32,000 bases of DNA from NCBI RefSeq assembly GCF_002945325.1, contig NZ_CP026606.1, forward strand, positions 1,260,001 through 1,292,000, in the 5' to 3' direction. Below, in pieces: positions 29,908-32,000 of the stretch. A program made the translations under genes and the position numbers. Numbering within the stretch: the first letter of the stretch is position 1; every line of letters starts with the position of its first letter. Below the pieces are notes generated by a model. It searched no databases. It was not told the DNA's origin and was given only the letters and a program-made list of their open reading frames with translations. The DNA comes from Methanococcus maripaludis. Its GTDB lineage: Archaea > AGJL01 > Methanococci > Methanococcales > Methanococcaceae.

Positions 29908-32000
29908 TTAATTGAGATAGTCTGTTCCGTAATCTACGCTGTAAACTTTAAATCCTGGCTGTATGCCGTAGGATGTTGGATCTACTGATTCTTTTTCAAG
30001 ACTAATTTTTTCAAGTCCATATCCGTCAAGGAAATGTAGTTTTGTATATATACTGTCTTCAAGGTTTTTACTTGAAACCCAAGCATATACTTGGTATGTT
30101 CCATCTGATAATTTTTCTAGCCTTACGATTTCAGAGTAGTCTCCATTTTCGTTTGTTTCCTGTTCGTAGACATTTCCATTCACTTTTAAAATTAGTTTGT
30201 GGAAATTTGGACTCTGCATGGATGTCTGGTTGTTGCTGTCAATAACTGCATTTGCCGATTTTATTTCAGAATCTGTAATTTCAAGAATATTTATAACACG
30301 GTATGAATCAGTTTCTTGTAGTGGTATGTATACTACAGTAGTTCCGTTAACATCCTGTGCACTACCGCCCAATTGCTGGTAGTAGCCCATTTCTCTATCG
30401 CTATTTTCAGTGTTTGCCGGTAAACTAAAGTTCCAGTTTCCAAACATGCTCCATACTGATGCAATACTTGTCATCCTGTTGTAAGTAATTAAATAATCAG
30501 GATTTGTAACTTTTGGATGTGTTAAATCAATTACTTCTTCTGCTTCTGCATTTGTCAGGTCGTAGTTATTTACTAAACTAGCTTTAGCTTCTGTTCTTGT
30601 CAATGGAAGTATTTCATTTAAAATATCTACAGTATCTTTAATCGATCCTGTTTTTTTAATTAAAATACTGTCATCATCATAAGCGCTGTCTCCACTAGTT
30701 GCAAGCATTCTCAAAATTCCAACTGATAAATTTTCATCAGATGTTGAAAATGCATGTCCGACCCAGTAAGCTCTAGGGGTGTTTTGTGATCCTCCATCAA
30801 AGGTTACCATTTTTCTTGTAGCCCATGTGTAGATGTGTCCGTTATCCCACCAGCAGGTAACAACTGAGTTTTCAGGAGTTTCTGATTTTATCCAGCTTAA
30901 ACTATCCATCCAGCCGTTATTCATTGTAGGTGCAGTATAAAATGGTACTGCGGCAGCCATTGATGGGAAAACAAGCATAACTGCAAGAAGTACTCCAAAT
31001 ACTTTTTTAACAGCTTGCTCCTTTTCAGAAATTATATCAATGATTTTGTATACTGCCAATACAAGCATTGCAATTATTGATAAATAAAATGCAATTGGAA
31101 CATAGGTGGTTGGAATGATTATATTGAATAATTCCCCATTGTATTTGATCAAACTAATTACCGAGAGAATTCCAATTACTGGATATAATATATATTCCAC
31201 TTTTTTTTCGTATCTTTTAATTATATTTTCAATCTGGCCTGCAAAGATTCCTATACCTATTGCAAGTGCAGGAGTCATCAATGCAACGAACCTGATACCT
31301 TTTGTCGCAGCATAAACTGTAGCCATAAGCCAGAGTGTTAAATAAAGTGCATATTTAATATCAATTTTTTGTTTATCGTGTCTGAATGACACAAATGATA
31401 ATAATATTCCAGAAATTCCTGCAATTAATAACCAAACATTTCCAACCGAATTTTCAATTATGTCAGTTACGGTTGGAATTGCAAGTTCTGAAACTGTCGT
31501 ATAAACATTTGGCCAACCTGTTATTTTTGTAGCTTCATTTATTGCAGTAAATCCGATTGGGGATAATATCCCGTTAATAAATCCACTTAATCCTGTTGAA
31601 AGCGAAACAAGAATTGCTCCACCAACCAATGTAATCAATGAGGTTGTAATCACATTTTTTAGATTTTTAGATTTTGTTAAATATTCGTATGCTAAATATA
31701 AAACTAAAAATCCTGCTGTGATATCAAATGCATACCACCAACCCATCCACATCATTGGATATAATCCAATCAAAATGGCAGCAATTCCCCCAAATATACC
31801 CGATTTTTTAGAATTTTCCTGTTCGTGAATTGCTTCCATTACCATCCAGACTATGAATAGTAATGGCAGTATCTCAAATATCGGTGTATCTGAAAATCCA
31901 GCAGATGTTTTATATAATAAACTTGGACTTGAAATCAAAAGCAGCGCTCCAACAAGTCCCCCTATGTTTGAGCCCGTATTTCTCCTTACAATAAAAAATA
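29908..32000 (-). CDS. aglB: Oligosaccharyltransferase AglB (STT3 family), N-terminus truncated by the window edge
   Basis: Multi-helix protein with GFSDTPIFE, CWWDNGHIYTWATRKMVTFDGG. Frame stays open upstream of 31938 to the edge (...RNTGSNIGGLVGALLLISSPS). Confidence 0.92.
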   Translation of the reverse strand, partial: FFIVRRNTGSNIGGLVGALLLISSPSLLYKTSAGFSDTPIFEILPLLFIVWMVMEAIHEQENSKKSGIFGGIAAILIGLYPMMWMGWWYAFDITAGFLVLYLAYEYLTKSKNLKNVITTSLITLVGGAILVSLSTGLSGFINGILSPIGFTAINEATKITGWPNVYTTVSELAIPTVTDIIENSVGNVWLLIAGISGILLSFVSFRHDKQKIDIKYALYLTLWLMATVYAATKGIRFVALMTPALAIGIGIFAGQIENIIKRYEKKVEYILYPVIGILSVISLIKYNGELFNIIIPTTYVPIAFYLSIIAMLVLAVYKIIDIISEKEQAVKKVFGVLLAVMLVFPSMAAAVPFYTAPTMNNGWMDSLSWIKSETPENSVVTCWWDNGHIYTWATRKMVTFDGGSQNTPRAYWVGHAFSTSDENLSVGILRMLATSGDSAYDDDSILIKKTGSIKDTVDILNEILPLTRTEAKASLVNNYDLTNAEAEEVIDLTHPKVTNPDYLITYNRMTSIASVWSMFGNWNFSLPANTENSDREMGYYQQLGGSAQDVNGTTVVYIPLQETDSYRVINILEITDSEIKSANAVIDSNNQTSMQSPNFHKLILKVNGNVYEQETNENGDYSEIVRLEKLSDGTYQVYAWVSSKNLEDSIYTKLHFLDGYGLEKISLEKESVDPTSYGIQPGFKVYSVDYGTDYLN

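Overview
AT-rich euryarchaeal window whose protein content and gene order match Methanococcus (M. maripaludis-like). The left third is a minus-strand operon for the energy-converting [NiFe]-hydrogenase Eha. It runs from an XRE-type HTH regulator at about 10358, through ehaA-O, to three polyferredoxins and the truncated start of a further gene at the left edge. The rest is mostly housekeeping: a ZPR1-like zinc-finger protein, split GMP synthase glutaminase subunit, methionine aminopeptidase, DRG/OBG GTPase, ArsR regulator, MobB, tRNA-wyosine synthase Taw1, ApgM phosphoglycerate mutase, a repeat-rich secreted CAP-domain protein, Top6A, FtsZ-SecE-Spt5-L11, PurA, 2-phosphoglycerate kinase, TrkH, TFS, a short SecG/Sec61-beta gene missing from the ORF track, UPF0210, DCD, Trm56 and a truncated AglB at the right edge. 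I see no CRISPR array, mobile element, rRNA, tRNA or obvious defence system. The features most worth a second look are: (1) the secreted CAP-domain protein with two nucleotide-identical tandem-repeat arrays (15-bp and 24-bp units); (2) a polyferredoxin cluster site in the eha operon with a Cys-to-Ser change; (3) the HTH gene apparently leading the eha operon; (4) a possible SD-sequestering hairpin before purA and a small hairpin before the L11 gene.
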